Of a stretch of DNA of 64,000 bases, positions 44,393 through 55,377 are shown piece after piece. The stretch covers positions 10,354 to 74,353 of the forward strand of contig JACQOE010000023.1 in assembly GCA_016202695.1 (NCBI GenBank). Reading direction: 5' to 3'. The notes under the pieces were generated by a model. That model did not search any database, had not been told where the DNA came from, and saw nothing but the letters and a program-made list of their open reading frames with translations. Position 1 is the stretch's first letter. Each line of letters begins with the position of its first letter. This DNA comes from Pseudomonadota bacterium (GTDB lineage: Bacteria > Pseudomonadota > Alphaproteobacteria > JACQOE01). Position numbers and translations under genes: made by a program.

Positions 44393-45412
44393 ATGCCGCG
44401 CGCGAAGGAGGACTTCCGGACTCTCACCGGGCCGCAGAAGGCGGCGATCCTGATGCTGTCGCTGGGCGAGGAGTACTCCTCGAAGATGTTCGCCCTGATG
44501 GACGACGAGGAGATCAAGGAGATCTCCCAGACCATGTCGAATCTCGGCACGGTCGGCGCCAGCCTGGTGGAGCGGCTGTTCGTCGAGTTCGCCGACAAGC
44601 TCTCGGCCACCGGCTCGCTGTTCGGCTCGTTCGAGACCACCGAGCGGCTGCTCCTCAAGAGCATGCCCAAGGACCGGGTCGACCAGATCATGGAGGACAT
44701 CCGCGGTCCGGCCGGGCGGACGATGTGGGAGAAGCTCAACAACGTCAACGAGACGGTGCTGGCCAACTACCTCAAGAACGAGTACCCGCAGACGGTGTCG
44801 GTGGTGCTCTCGAAGATCAACTCCGACCACGCGGCGCGGGTTCTGGGCCTCCTGCCGGAGAACTTCTCGATGGAGGTGATCATGCGCATGCTGCGCATGG
44901 AGCCGGTGCAGAAGGAGGTTCTCGACCACGTCGAGCGGACGCTGCGGAGCGAGTTCATGGCGAATCTGGCGCGGACCCAGCGGCGCGATCCGCACGAGAT
45001 GATGGCCAACATCTTCAACTCGCTCGACCGGGCGACGGAGAACCGGTTCCTGACCTCGCTGGAGGAGCGGAACCGGGAGTCGGCGGAGAAGATCAAGTCG
45101 CTGATGTTCACCTTCGAAGACCTGCTCCGGCTGGATACCGGCGGCGTCCAGACGCTCCTGCGCCACGCCCCCAAGGAGAGGCTCGCGGTCGCGCTCAAGG
45201 GCGCAAGCGACACGATCAAGGAGCTGTTCTTCAAGAACATGTCGGAGCGGGCCGGCAAGATGCTGAAGGAGGACATGGAGGCACTTGGGCCGGTGCGGCT
45301 GCGCGACGTCGACGAAGCGCAGGCGGCTGTGGTTTCGCTCGCCAAGGACCTTGCCAACTCGGGCCAGATCGTCATCGCCGAGGGCAAGGAGGAGGACGAG
45401 CTGGTGTATTAG
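44393..45412 (+). CDS. fliG: Flagellar motor switch protein FliG
   Basis: [17 protein letters not shown]...EIKEISQTM... and MFTFEDL...EAQAAVV pattern. 339 aa. Confidence 0.95.
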   Translation: MPRAKEDFRTLTGPQKAAILMLSLGEEYSSKMFALMDDEEIKEISQTMSNLGTVGASLVERLFVEFADKLSATGSLFGSFETTERLLLKSMPKDRVDQIMEDIRGPAGRTMWEKLNNVNETVLANYLKNEYPQTVSVVLSKINSDHAARVLGLLPENFSMEVIMRMLRMEPVQKEVLDHVERTLRSEFMANLARTQRRDPHEMMANIFNSLDRATENRFLTSLEERNRESAEKIKSLMFTFEDLLRLDTGGVQTLLRHAPKERLAVALKGASDTIKELFFKNMSERAGKMLKEDMEALGPVRLRDVDEAQAAVVSLAKDLANSGQIVIAEGKEEDELVY

Positions 45413-45469
45413 CCGGCCGACGTGACGAGCGCGGCGCGGAGAAGGATGGACGAAAGACGGCGACAGACG

Positions 45470-46438
45470 ATGACCACGGCACACCAAGTCCTGTTCCACA
45501 GGGTCTTCGACGACGGCGACTCGCTGCCGCCGCCCGCGAGCGACGGCGCGCAGAACCTGCGCAAGTTCGTCTTCCAGTTGAGCCTCGCCGAAGCGGACGA
45601 CCTGCCGCCGCTCACGGAGGCGGCGCGGCTGGCCTTCCTCGAGGGCCGCGATGGCCGCGCCGATGGGGCCGGGTCGGCCCCCCAGGTCCGCCCCTTCATC
45701 ATCGAGACCCGGTTCGGCGGCGAGGAGGAGGAGGACGAGGAGCCCGAGCCCGAGCCCGAGCCGGCACCGGTCGAGCCCGAGCCCGAGCCCGAGCCGACCT
45801 TCGGTGCCGAAGATCTGGCGCGGGCGCGCGCCGAGGGCGTCGCCGAGGGGCGCGAGGCGGGGGTGCGCGAGCTGCGCGCCTCCCTCGATCAGGCCTCGGC
45901 CGAGGCGCTCGAGCAGTTGGCGGCCCGGCTTCCGGCGCTCGCCGAGGCGCAGCGCGAGAGCAACGAGCGGCTGCAGTCGCAGGCGATCGCGGTCGCCGCC
46001 GTGGTCATGCGCAAGATCTTCCCCGAGCTGACCCGCCGCCACGGCACCGCCGAGATCGAGGCCATGATCCGCGACTGCCTGCGCGACCTCCTGCACGAGC
46101 CGCGGGTGATCGTCCGGCTTGGCCCGGAGCTCGCCGACTCGCTCAGGCCGCGGATCGAGGCGACCGCCCAGGCGGGCGGCTTCGTCGGCCAGCTCAGCGT
46201 CGTCGCCGACGAGGTGATGGCGCCCGGCGACTGCCGGGTCGAGTGGGGCGCGAGCGGCAGCGAGCGCGTCTCTGCCCGGCTGTGGGAGGAAATCGACCGG
46301 ATCGTCTCCGGGGCACTCGGCGTTTCGCTGTCCGAGGTGGAGGGGCCGGCCGAGGAGGCGGGCCCGCCGCCGCCGGCCAAGGACGCCGCCGGCGAGGCCC
46401 AAGACGAGCGCCGGGCCGAACCCGGCGGAAACCAGTGA
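45470..46438 (+). CDS. fliH: FliH-like flagellar export ATPase regulator (FlbE position); start uncertain (45422/45446/45470)
   Basis: Coiled coil followed by VIVRLGPELADSL...GDCRVEWGASGSERV, typical of the FliH C-domain. Contains (EP)n repeats from (GAGCCC)n at 45740-45796. Confidence 0.7.
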   Translation: MTTAHQVLFHRVFDDGDSLPPPASDGAQNLRKFVFQLSLAEADDLPPLTEAARLAFLEGRDGRADGAGSAPQVRPFIIETRFGGEEEEDEEPEPEPEPAPVEPEPEPEPTFGAEDLARARAEGVAEGREAGVRELRASLDQASAEALEQLAARLPALAEAQRESNERLQSQAIAVAAVVMRKIFPELTRRHGTAEIEAMIRDCLRDLLHEPRVIVRLGPELADSLRPRIEATAQAGGFVGQLSVVADEVMAPGDCRVEWGASGSERVSARLWEEIDRIVSGALGVSLSEVEGPAEEAGPPPPAKDAAGEAQDERRAEPGGNQ

Positions 46439-46459
46439 CGCGACGGTGAGGAGTGCACC

Positions 46460-46843
46460 ATGGCGGACGAGAACGAGGCCGTTGAACAGGAAGCCGAGGG
46501 CCGCTCGGCGAACAATGCCGGGGCGCCCGCGCGCACGGCCGCCGAGACCCTCGCGGCCGATCTGGCGGACGAGCACGCCGGACCGCGCAGCTCCCGCGAC
46601 CTCGAGGCGGTCTACGACATCACCGTCCAGGTCTCGGCCGTGCTCGGCAAGGCGAACATGCAGGTGAGCCAGCTCCTCAAGCTCGGGCGCGGCGCGGTGG
46701 TCGAGCTCGACCGCAAGGTCGGCGAGGCGATCGACATCTACGTCAACAACCGGCTGGTCGCGCGCGGCGAGGTGGTGCTGGTCGACGACAACCGCCTCGG
46801 CGTGACCATGACCGAGATCATCAAGACCGACCGGGCCACCTGA
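46460..46843 (+). CDS. fliN: Flagellar motor switch protein FliN
   Basis: DITVQVSAVLGKANMQVSQLLKLGRGAVVELDRKVGEAIDIYVNNRLVARGEVVLVDDNRLGVTMTEI is a SpoA/FliN domain. Confidence 0.95.
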   Translation: MADENEAVEQEAEGRSANNAGAPARTAAETLAADLADEHAGPRSSRDLEAVYDITVQVSAVLGKANMQVSQLLKLGRGAVVELDRKVGEAIDIYVNNRLVARGEVVLVDDNRLGVTMTEIIKTDRAT

Positions 46844-46881
46844 GGACCGGGCGGGCGGGAAGGCAGGGCGGGTGAGCGGCA

Positions 46882-47706
46882 ATGGCTGACGCCGGCGAAG
46901 TTGCAGGCAGCGTATCGATCGGCGCCGCGCGCACACAGCTCGACCTGGCCACGGTCATCGGGCTGGTCGCCGGCTTCGGCCTGGTGGCCGCCGCCCTCGT
47001 CCTCGGCGGCGCCCCGGGCGCGTTCGTCGACATCCCCTCGGTGCTGATCGTGATCATCGGCACGTTGTCGATCACCATGGTCTCGTACTCCCTCACCGAG
47101 ATGCTGAGGGCCGGCAAGCTGTTCATGAAGACCATGTTCTTCTCCGGCCGCGACGCCTCGGAAGCGGCGATGCAGGTGCTCCAACTGGCCGAGATCGCCC
47201 GCAAGAGCGGCGTCTTGTCGCTGCAGAACGTGCTCGAGGACCTCAAGAGCGAGCAGTTCCTCTACAAGGGCATCTCGCTGGTCGTCGACGGCACCCCCGG
47301 CGAGGAGGTCGAGGTGATCATGCGCCGCGACATGAACTCGACCCTCGCCCGCCACCAGAGGAGCGCCGGAATCATGCGCCGCGCGGCCGAGGTCTCGCCG
47401 GCCATGGGCCTGATCGGCACCCTGATCGGGCTGGTGCAGATGCTCGGCAACCTCGAGGACCCCTCCAGCATCGGCCCGTCGATGGCGGTGGCGCTGCTGA
47501 CCACCTTCTACGGCGCGGTCATGGCCAACATGCTGTTCCTGCCGCTGGCCGCGAAACTCGACCGCAACTCCCAGGAGGAGGCGCTGACCAACAGCGTGTT
47601 CCTGATGGGGGCGGCCTCGATCGGCCGGCAGGAGAACCCGCGCCGGCTGGAGATGCTGATCAACAGCGTGCTGCCGCCGGCGAAGCGGGTGAGCTTCTTC
47701 GAGTAG
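46882..47706 (+). CDS. motA: Flagellar stator protein MotA
   Basis: Four-TM MotA/TolQ/ExbB pattern. PAMGLIGTLIGLVQML, AVALLTTFYGAVMANMLFLPLA. Confidence 0.85.
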   Translation: MADAGEVAGSVSIGAARTQLDLATVIGLVAGFGLVAAALVLGGAPGAFVDIPSVLIVIIGTLSITMVSYSLTEMLRAGKLFMKTMFFSGRDASEAAMQVLQLAEIARKSGVLSLQNVLEDLKSEQFLYKGISLVVDGTPGEEVEVIMRRDMNSTLARHQRSAGIMRRAAEVSPAMGLIGTLIGLVQMLGNLEDPSSIGPSMAVALLTTFYGAVMANMLFLPLAAKLDRNSQEEALTNSVFLMGAASIGRQENPRRLEMLINSVLPPAKRVSFFE

Positions 47707-47756
47707 CGGCGGCGCGGTTTCCGACCCACAGACAAGGAGCACGGGAAGCTAGCATC

Positions 47757-49139
<1,383 letters not shown>

Positions 49140-49181
49140 CGGGTGCGGGGCGCGGGCCGGCGATGAGGTGAGCGAGGGGCG

Positions 49182-51299
49182 ATGGCCGATACACCGACAG
49201 GAACAGCGGTCGCCACGACCGGGCGCCAGACCCTCGACCGGTTCGTCGACGCGCTGCGCCGGGGGGACATCGCGCTCGCCATCGGCGTCATCGCCATCCT
49301 GGTCGTCCTCATCCTGCCGATGCCGAAATGGCTGCTCGACTTCTCGCTCGCCCTCTCGATCACCTTCTCGGTGATGATCCTGATGACAGCGGTGTTCGTC
49401 GAGAAGCCGCTCCAGTTCAGCTCGTTCCCGACCGTGCTCCTGATCGCGACGATGATGCGGCTCTCGCTCAACCTCGCCTCGACCCGCCTGATCCTCGCCG
49501 ACGGGCACACCGGGACCGACGCCGCCGGCAAGGTGATCCAGGCCTTCGGCGGTTTCGTCATGAGCGGCAACTTCGTCATCGGCATCATCGTCTTCTCGAT
49601 CCTGGTGATCGTGAACTTCGTGGTCATCACCAAGGGCTCGGGGCGCATCGCCGAGGTCTCCGCCCGCTTCAACCTCGACGCCATGCCGGGCAAGCAGATG
49701 GCGATCGACGCCGACCTCTCGGCCGGGCTGATCGACGAGGCCGACGCCCGGCGGCGGCGCAAGGAGCTGGAGGAGGAGAGTGCCTTCTTCGGGGCCATGG
49801 ACGGCGCCGCCAAGTTCGTCCGCGGCGACGCCATCGCCGGGCTGCTCATCACCTTCATCAACATCGTCGGCGGCATGATCATCGGCGTCGTCCAGCACGG
49901 CCTGACCATGTCGCGGGCGGCCGAGTCCTACACCCTGCTCACCGTCGGCGACGGGCTGGTGACCCAGATCCCGGCGATCGTGGTCTCCACTGCCGCCGGC
50001 CTGGTGGTGACCAAGGCCGGGATCGAGGGCTCGACCAACCGCACCCTGATCAGCCAGTTCGGGGCGTTCCCGCGCGGGCTGGGTCTGGTTTCCGCGCTCT
50101 CCGTCACCCTCGCCCTTCTCCCTGGGATGCCGCTCGCCCCGTTCATGCTCCTCGCCGCGGCCACCGGCGCTGGGGCGTGGCTGACCTCGCGCCGGCAGGC
50201 CGAGGTCGAGACGCGCAAGGCCGAGGTCGAGGCCGAGGAGCGTCGGGCCAAGGTCCCGGTCGCCGAGGAGGCGATTTCGACCGCGCTCAGGATCGACCTC
50301 ATCCGCCTCGAGCTCGGCTACGGGCTGCTGCCGCTGATCAACAGCGAGAAGGGCCAGAAGCTGACCGAGCAGATCCGCTCGCTCCGCCGCCAGCTCGCCG
50401 CCGAGATGGGCTTCGTCATGCCCTCGGTGCGCATCCAGGACAACATGCAGCTTCCGGCCAACACCTACGTGGTGCGGATCAAGGAGATCGACGCCGGGCG
50501 CGGCGACCTCAAGCCCAACGCCCTCTTGGTGATGGACCCGCGCGGCGAGGAGATCACCCTTCCCGGCGAGCAAACCGCGGAGCCCACCTTCGGGCTGCCG
50601 GCGATGTGGGTCGAGGAGAGCCACCGCGAGGAGGCGATGTTCCGCGGCTACACCGTCGTCGACCCGCAGACCGTGATCACCACCCATCTCACCGAGGTGA
50701 TCAAGGAGAACATGCCGGAGCTCTTGTCCTACGCCGAGACCCAGAAGCTGCTCGACGATCTCGACAAGGAGCACCAGAAGCTGGTTTCCGACATCGTCCC
50801 CAGCCAGATCACCGTCGGCGGCATCCAGCGGGTGCTCCAGAACCTGCTCCGCGAGCGCATCTCGATCCGCGATCTGCCCACCATCCTCGAGGGCATCTCC
50901 GAGGCCTGCGGGCACACCCGCAACATCATGCTGATCACCGAGCACGTGCGCTCGCGCCTCGCGCTCCAGCTCTCCAACGCCTACACCAACGAGCAAGGCT
51001 TCATCCCGCTCATCACCCTCTCCGCCGACTGGGAGCAGGCCTTCGCCGAGTCGCTGGCGGGCACGGGCGAGGAGCGCCAGCTGTCGATGGCCCCCTCGCG
51101 GCTGCAGGACTTCATCAACCACGTCCGCCAGACCTTCGAGCGCCACGCCATGATGGGCGAGTCCCCGGTGCTGCTCACCAGCCCGATCCTGCGCCCCTAC
51201 GTGCGCTCGATCATCGAGCGCTTCCGCCCCTCGACCACGGTGATGTCGCAGAACGAGATCCACCCCAAGGCGCGGATCAAGACCCTGGGGTCCATCTAG
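49182..51299 (+). CDS. flhA: Flagellar export gate protein FlhA
   Basis: FPTVLLIATMMRLSLNLASTRLIL, AEVSARFNLDAMPGKQMAIDADL, and a C-terminal cytoplasmic domain. 705 aa. Confidence 0.95.
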   Translation: MADTPTGTAVATTGRQTLDRFVDALRRGDIALAIGVIAILVVLILPMPKWLLDFSLALSITFSVMILMTAVFVEKPLQFSSFPTVLLIATMMRLSLNLASTRLILADGHTGTDAAGKVIQAFGGFVMSGNFVIGIIVFSILVIVNFVVITKGSGRIAEVSARFNLDAMPGKQMAIDADLSAGLIDEADARRRRKELEEESAFFGAMDGAAKFVRGDAIAGLLITFINIVGGMIIGVVQHGLTMSRAAESYTLLTVGDGLVTQIPAIVVSTAAGLVVTKAGIEGSTNRTLISQFGAFPRGLGLVSALSVTLALLPGMPLAPFMLLAAATGAGAWLTSRRQAEVETRKAEVEAEERRAKVPVAEEAISTALRIDLIRLELGYGLLPLINSEKGQKLTEQIRSLRRQLAAEMGFVMPSVRIQDNMQLPANTYVVRIKEIDAGRGDLKPNALLVMDPRGEEITLPGEQTAEPTFGLPAMWVEESHREEAMFRGYTVVDPQTVITTHLTEVIKENMPELLSYAETQKLLDDLDKEHQKLVSDIVPSQITVGGIQRVLQNLLRERISIRDLPTILEGISEACGHTRNIMLITEHVRSRLALQLSNAYTNEQGFIPLITLSADWEQAFAESLAGTGEERQLSMAPSRLQDFINHVRQTFERHAMMGESPVLLTSPILRPYVRSIIERFRPSTTVMSQNEIHPKARIKTLGSI

Positions 51300-51314
51300 C
51301 ACTCGGCGCGGGCG

Positions 51315-52325
51315 ATGCGGCTCAAGATCTTCACCGCCCCCACCATGGCCCAGGCCATGGCCCAGGTGCGCCGCGAGCTGGGCGAGGACGCGATCATCGT
51401 CTCCAGCCAGCGGGTGCCCAAGGGGCGGGGATTCCGCATCACCGCCGCCCTCGAGAGCGAGGGGGAGGCAGGGCTGGCCGCCCCCGCCGGGCCGGGGCGC
51501 GGCGAGGCGGTGGACAGCATCCGCCAGACGCTCGCCTACCACGGCATCGCCGGCGACCTCGCCGAGCGGCTGCTGAAGACCGTCGAGGCCCTCGATCTTG
51601 CCGACCCCGTGATGCCGCTCGCCGGCGCCATCGAGGCGAGCTTCAGCTTCGCGCCCCTGCCCGAGCGCCTCGGCGAGCGCCCCTTCGCCTTCATCGGCAC
51701 GCCCGGCTCCGGCAAGACGACGATGGTGGCGAAGCTCGCCGCGAGGGCGGTGATCGCCGGCCGGCCGGTGCGCGTTATCACCACCGACACGATACGTGCC
51801 GGCGCAGTGGCCCAGCTTGGCGCGATCGCCCGCGTCCTCAAGCTCGAGCTCGGCGAGGCCAAGACGCCCGCCGATCTCACCAGGGAGGTCAAGGCCCTCG
51901 CCGCCGGCACCCTCACCTTCATCGATACCCAGGCGGCCAACCCCTACGACCCCGAGACCACCGCCCCGTTGCGCTCCTTCATCGAGGCGGCCGAGGCCGA
52001 GGCGGTGCTCGTCCATCCCGCCGGAACCGAGGTCAGGGAGTCGGCGGAGGTGGCCGAGATCTTCGCCCGCCTGGGCGCCACCCGGCTGGTCGCCACCCGG
52101 GTCGATGCCGCGCGCCGCCTGGGCGGGCTCCTCGCCGGAGCCGACGCCGCCGGACTGATGTTCAGCGAGGTGAGCGCGAGCGCGAAGATCGCCGGCGGCC
52201 TCAAGCCCTTGAGCCCGCTCCTCCTCGCCCGCCTGCTCTTCACCGGCGACCTGCCGGCGCCGAGCGCCGCCGCCCCGGACAAGCCGAGCCGGGGCAGGAC
52301 CTCCCATTCCGAGGCCGTAACATGA
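51315..52325 (+). CDS. flhF: SRP-type GTPase FlhF
   Basis: FIGTPGSGKTTMVAKLAA, ITTDTIRAGAVAQL, FIDTQAANPYD G-motifs. Follows flhA. Confidence 0.85.
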   Translation: MRLKIFTAPTMAQAMAQVRRELGEDAIIVSSQRVPKGRGFRITAALESEGEAGLAAPAGPGRGEAVDSIRQTLAYHGIAGDLAERLLKTVEALDLADPVMPLAGAIEASFSFAPLPERLGERPFAFIGTPGSGKTTMVAKLAARAVIAGRPVRVITTDTIRAGAVAQLGAIARVLKLELGEAKTPADLTREVKALAAGTLTFIDTQAANPYDPETTAPLRSFIEAAEAEAVLVHPAGTEVRESAEVAEIFARLGATRLVATRVDAARRLGGLLAGADAAGLMFSEVSASAKIAGGLKPLSPLLLARLLFTGDLPAPSAAAPDKPSRGRTSHSEAVT

Positions 52326-53116
52326 ATCAAACCGCATCCTCGCCCGCCCCCGCCGCCGGCCCCGCCGCGCTCCCGCGCGGGCGCAACATCATCGCCGTCG
52401 CCTCCGGCAAGGGCGGGGTGGGCAAGACCTGGTTCGCGATCACCCTCGCCCACGGCTTCGCCCGGCTCGGACGCCGCGCGCTCCTCTTCGACGCCGACCT
52501 CGGCCTCGCCAACGTCGACATCCAGCTCGGGCTGATGCCCAAGCACGACCTCTCGGGCGTGCTCGCCGGGCGGCTGACCCTCGCCCAGGCGACGATCACT
52601 TACGCCGAGGGCGGGTTCGACATCGTCGCCGGGCGCTCCGGCTCGGCCGGCCTTGCCAGCGTTCCCACCAGCCGCCTGCAGACGCTGGGCGACGACCTGG
52701 GCGCGCTCGCCGCGGGCTACGACCGGGTGATCCTCGACCTCGGCGCCGGGGTCGAGCGCACGGTGCGGCAGATGACCGCCCATGCCGGGCTCTGCATCGT
52801 CATCACCACCGAGGAGCCGACCGCGCTCACCGACGCCTACGCTTTCATCAAGCTCACCGCCATGGAGCGCCCCTCGACCGACCTCCGGGTGGTGGTCAAC
52901 ATGGCGGCCAATCCGCGCTCCGGAGAGCGCACCTACAAGACGCTGCTCAAGGCCTGTGAGGGGTTCCTCAAGATCTCGCCGCCGCTGGTCGGCGTCGTTC
53001 GCCAGGACGACAAGGTCCGCGACGCGATCCGCAACCAGACCGCGCTCCTCACCCGCCACCCAACCTGCGCCGCCGCCGGCGACGTCGAGGCGATCGTTAG
53101 GAAGCTCCTGGAATGA
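52322..53116 (+). CDS. flhG: MinD/ParA-type ATPase FlhG (FleN)
   Basis: ATG 52322 overlaps the flhF stop (ATGA). Deviant Walker A IAVASGKGGVGKT. LFDADLGLANVD. Confidence 0.85.
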   Translation: MNQTASSPAPAAGPAALPRGRNIIAVASGKGGVGKTWFAITLAHGFARLGRRALLFDADLGLANVDIQLGLMPKHDLSGVLAGRLTLAQATITYAEGGFDIVAGRSGSAGLASVPTSRLQTLGDDLGALAAGYDRVILDLGAGVERTVRQMTAHAGLCIVITTEEPTALTDAYAFIKLTAMERPSTDLRVVVNMAANPRSGERTYKTLLKACEGFLKISPPLVGVVRQDDKVRDAIRNQTALLTRHPTCAAAGDVEAIVRKLLE

Positions 53117-53131
53117 CGCCCTGATCGGCCC

Positions 53132-54841
53132 ATGACCTCGGTCACGCCCCCGCTCGCGATCCCGCAGCCGCCGACGGCGGCCCAGCAGCCGGTCACGCTT
53201 GCGCTCGCCGAGGCGTCGAAGGCGGTGCGGGCGCTGGCGGTCGGAAGCCTGCTCAGCGGCGAGGTGGCGCAGGTGCGCGAGGGGCTGGTGGCGCTGCGCA
53301 CGCCATTGGGCCCGGTGGCCCTGGCGGCCAACCTCTCCGTCGCCGTCGGCGCCCATCTCACCCTCAGGATCGCCGCCGGCGGCGAGCGCGGGCAGGTGCA
53401 GCTCCTCGCCCTCGGCGACCGTCCCGTGGTCGGCCTCCGCGGCGCCAGCCTGCTGGTCAAGGGCGCCGTCCCCACCGGGGCGATCGCCACCGCCGCCGCC
53501 GCGACCGTGGGCGCGGGCGTGAGGGCGGCCATCGCTCCGCTCGCCCCCGGAACCACGCTCGCCGCGACGCTCGTGCGCGCGCCTCCCACCGCCCCCGGCG
53601 CCGCGGCGCCGGCCCCGGCGTCGGCGCCGGGCGGGCTCGGCGCCGTCCTCGCCGCCGGCGCGCCGCTCTCGGTGCGGGTGCTCGCCGTCACCCCCACGGG
53701 GGCGGCCGGAGCGGCGACCCCGACGCCGGGCGCCCCCGCCCTCCAGCCCGGGCCGGGGCCGGCGGGTGCGGTCGTCGCCGCCACCGTGGTCGCCGCCGCC
53801 GGCGGCCAGACCCTGGTGCAGAGCCCGATCGGCTGGCTCTCGCTCGCCACCCCGGCGACGCTGCCGCTGGGCACCAGCCTGTCGCTCGAGATCACCGCCG
53901 GCGCGGTCGCCTCGCACGGCCCCGCCGAGCAGGGCGCCTCGGGCCCGGCGGGCGCGGCCCAGACGGCGGCGGCGGGCGCGACGCCGGCCGCCCCGGGGGC
54001 ATCACCTCCGCCCGCCGTTGCCACCGGCCTCTCGGGCCCGGGCCTGAGCGTCGCCGCCCAGAGCACCCTCCAGCAGGTTCCGGCGGCCGGGACCCCGGGC
54101 GCCGAGGCCGCCGCCGAGCGGCCGGCGCCGGCGGCGCCCGCCGGCGCGGCAACCGCGGCCGAGGAGTCGGCGCAGGTCCCTCGCCCCTGGCCGAGCCTGA
54201 CCGAGGCGGTGCGGCTCCTCGCCGCCGCCGAGCCGATGGCCTATCGACAGCTCCTGCAGGCGCTGCCCCAGCCCGGGCCGCAGCTCACCGCCAACGTCCT
54301 CTTCTTCCTCGTCGCGCTGCGCGGCGGCGACGTCAGGGCGTGGCTCGGCGAGGGGCCGCTGCGTGCGCTCGAGCGGGCGGGGCGGGGCGACCTCGTCGCC
54401 CGCCTGGGCGAGGAGTTCCGGCGGGGCGGCCGCGGCCTCGGCGAGCCCGCCGCGGGCGAGTGGCGGAGCGTCGGCCTTCCCTTCTTCACCGGCGCCGCGG
54501 TCGAGGAGGTGCGGCTTCACCTGCGCCGCCACGGCGAGGAGGCCGACGAGGAAGGCGGGCGCGGCGGCGGCGCCGAGACCCGCTTCGTGATCGACCTCGA
54601 CCTCTCCCGCCTCGGGCGCATGCAGCTCGACGGCTTCGTGCGCAAGGCGACCCGGCGCTTCGACCTGATCGTGCGCACGCGCGCGGCGCTGCCGGTCGCG
54701 ATGCGGGGCGAGATCAACCGCATCTTCTCCGAGTCCTGCGCCGCCACCGGCCTTGCCGGCGAGATCGGCTTCCAGGCCACGGCCCGGTTCGTCGAGGTCG
54801 AGCCCGCCCCGCCGGCCCGCCACGAGGGCATCCTGGCATGA
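53132..54841 (+). CDS. Unknown 569-aa protein with Pro/Ala-rich centre and FliK-like (Flg_hook-like) C-terminal module
   Basis: Three loosely repeated N-terminal beta-like segments (GEVAQVREGLVALRTPLG...GAHLTLRI etc.). C-terminal TRFVIDLDLSRLGRMQLDGFVRKATRRFDLIVRT resembles the FliK ISIQLRPESLGRVDVRL pattern. Starts 16 nt after flhG. Confidence 0.55.
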   Translation: MTSVTPPLAIPQPPTAAQQPVTLALAEASKAVRALAVGSLLSGEVAQVREGLVALRTPLGPVALAANLSVAVGAHLTLRIAAGGERGQVQLLALGDRPVVGLRGASLLVKGAVPTGAIATAAAATVGAGVRAAIAPLAPGTTLAATLVRAPPTAPGAAAPAPASAPGGLGAVLAAGAPLSVRVLAVTPTGAAGAATPTPGAPALQPGPGPAGAVVAATVVAAAGGQTLVQSPIGWLSLATPATLPLGTSLSLEITAGAVASHGPAEQGASGPAGAAQTAAAGATPAAPGASPPPAVATGLSGPGLSVAAQSTLQQVPAAGTPGAEAAAERPAPAAPAGAATAAEESAQVPRPWPSLTEAVRLLAAAEPMAYRQLLQALPQPGPQLTANVLFFLVALRGGDVRAWLGEGPLRALERAGRGDLVARLGEEFRRGGRGLGEPAAGEWRSVGLPFFTGAAVEEVRLHLRRHGEEADEEGGRGGGAETRFVIDLDLSRLGRMQLDGFVRKATRRFDLIVRTRAALPVAMRGEINRIFSESCAATGLAGEIGFQATARFVEVEPAPPARHEGILA

Positions 54842-55338
54842 GGGAGCCCCCCCGCCGCCGGCCCCGCGAGCCCATGCTCCCGGCCGCCGACGCGCCCGCG
54901 GACCGCGACGAGGACCGCGCCAGGCGCTTCGCCGCGATGGAGGCGCTGGCCGCGCGCCGGCGCCTCATCGTCCCCGCCCCCAATCCCAGCACCGGCGTCG
55001 ACTACATCGTCAGCCTGGAAGGCGAGCTCAAGGTGAGGGCGCTGCCGGCTCCGGTCGCGGTCACCCTCCGCTATGTGCCCGACCGCGAGGTGCTGCCGCC
55101 GGCCAGCCTCGCGACCTACTTCGCCGCCCTCGGCGAGGCGGCGTGGGCCTCGCTCGAGGAGCTGGCGGTGGCGCTGCTGACCGACCTCAGCAACGAGCTG
55201 GTCCCGCGCTGGCTGGAGGTGGTGGTGACGGCCGAGCTTCCCGGCGCCGACGCCTCCCGCATCCACCGCGTGATCCTTCAGGACCGCCAGCCCCGTTGGG
55301 ACAACCGTTGGCTGATCGGCCGCCTCGCCGCGGTGTGA
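54838..55338 (+). CDS. QueF/T-fold-like protein lacking the catalytic Cys (tentative)
   Basis: ATG overlaps the upstream stop (ATGA). NPSTGVDY...LRYVPDREVL..SLATYF...DLSNELVPRWLEVVV parallels QueF CPxTGQPDF...YIPD..ESKSLKLY...DL...PRYIEV, but with Asn for Cys and no ExK. Confidence 0.35.
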   Translation: MREPPRRRPREPMLPAADAPADRDEDRARRFAAMEALAARRRLIVPAPNPSTGVDYIVSLEGELKVRALPAPVAVTLRYVPDREVLPPASLATYFAALGEAAWASLEELAVALLTDLSNELVPRWLEVVVTAELPGADASRIHRVILQDRQPRWDNRWLIGRLAAV

Positions 55339-55377
55339 GGCGCCGCCGCGGCCGGCCGCCGCAAGGAGGACAGAGGA

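Noticed and set aside
49328-52321. 5' part of the 1262-aa plus-strand ORF 49328..53116
   Set aside because: It is an out-of-frame overlap of flhA and flhF with an Arg/Pro/Gly-rich translation. Only the part from ATG 52322 (FlhG) is credible.
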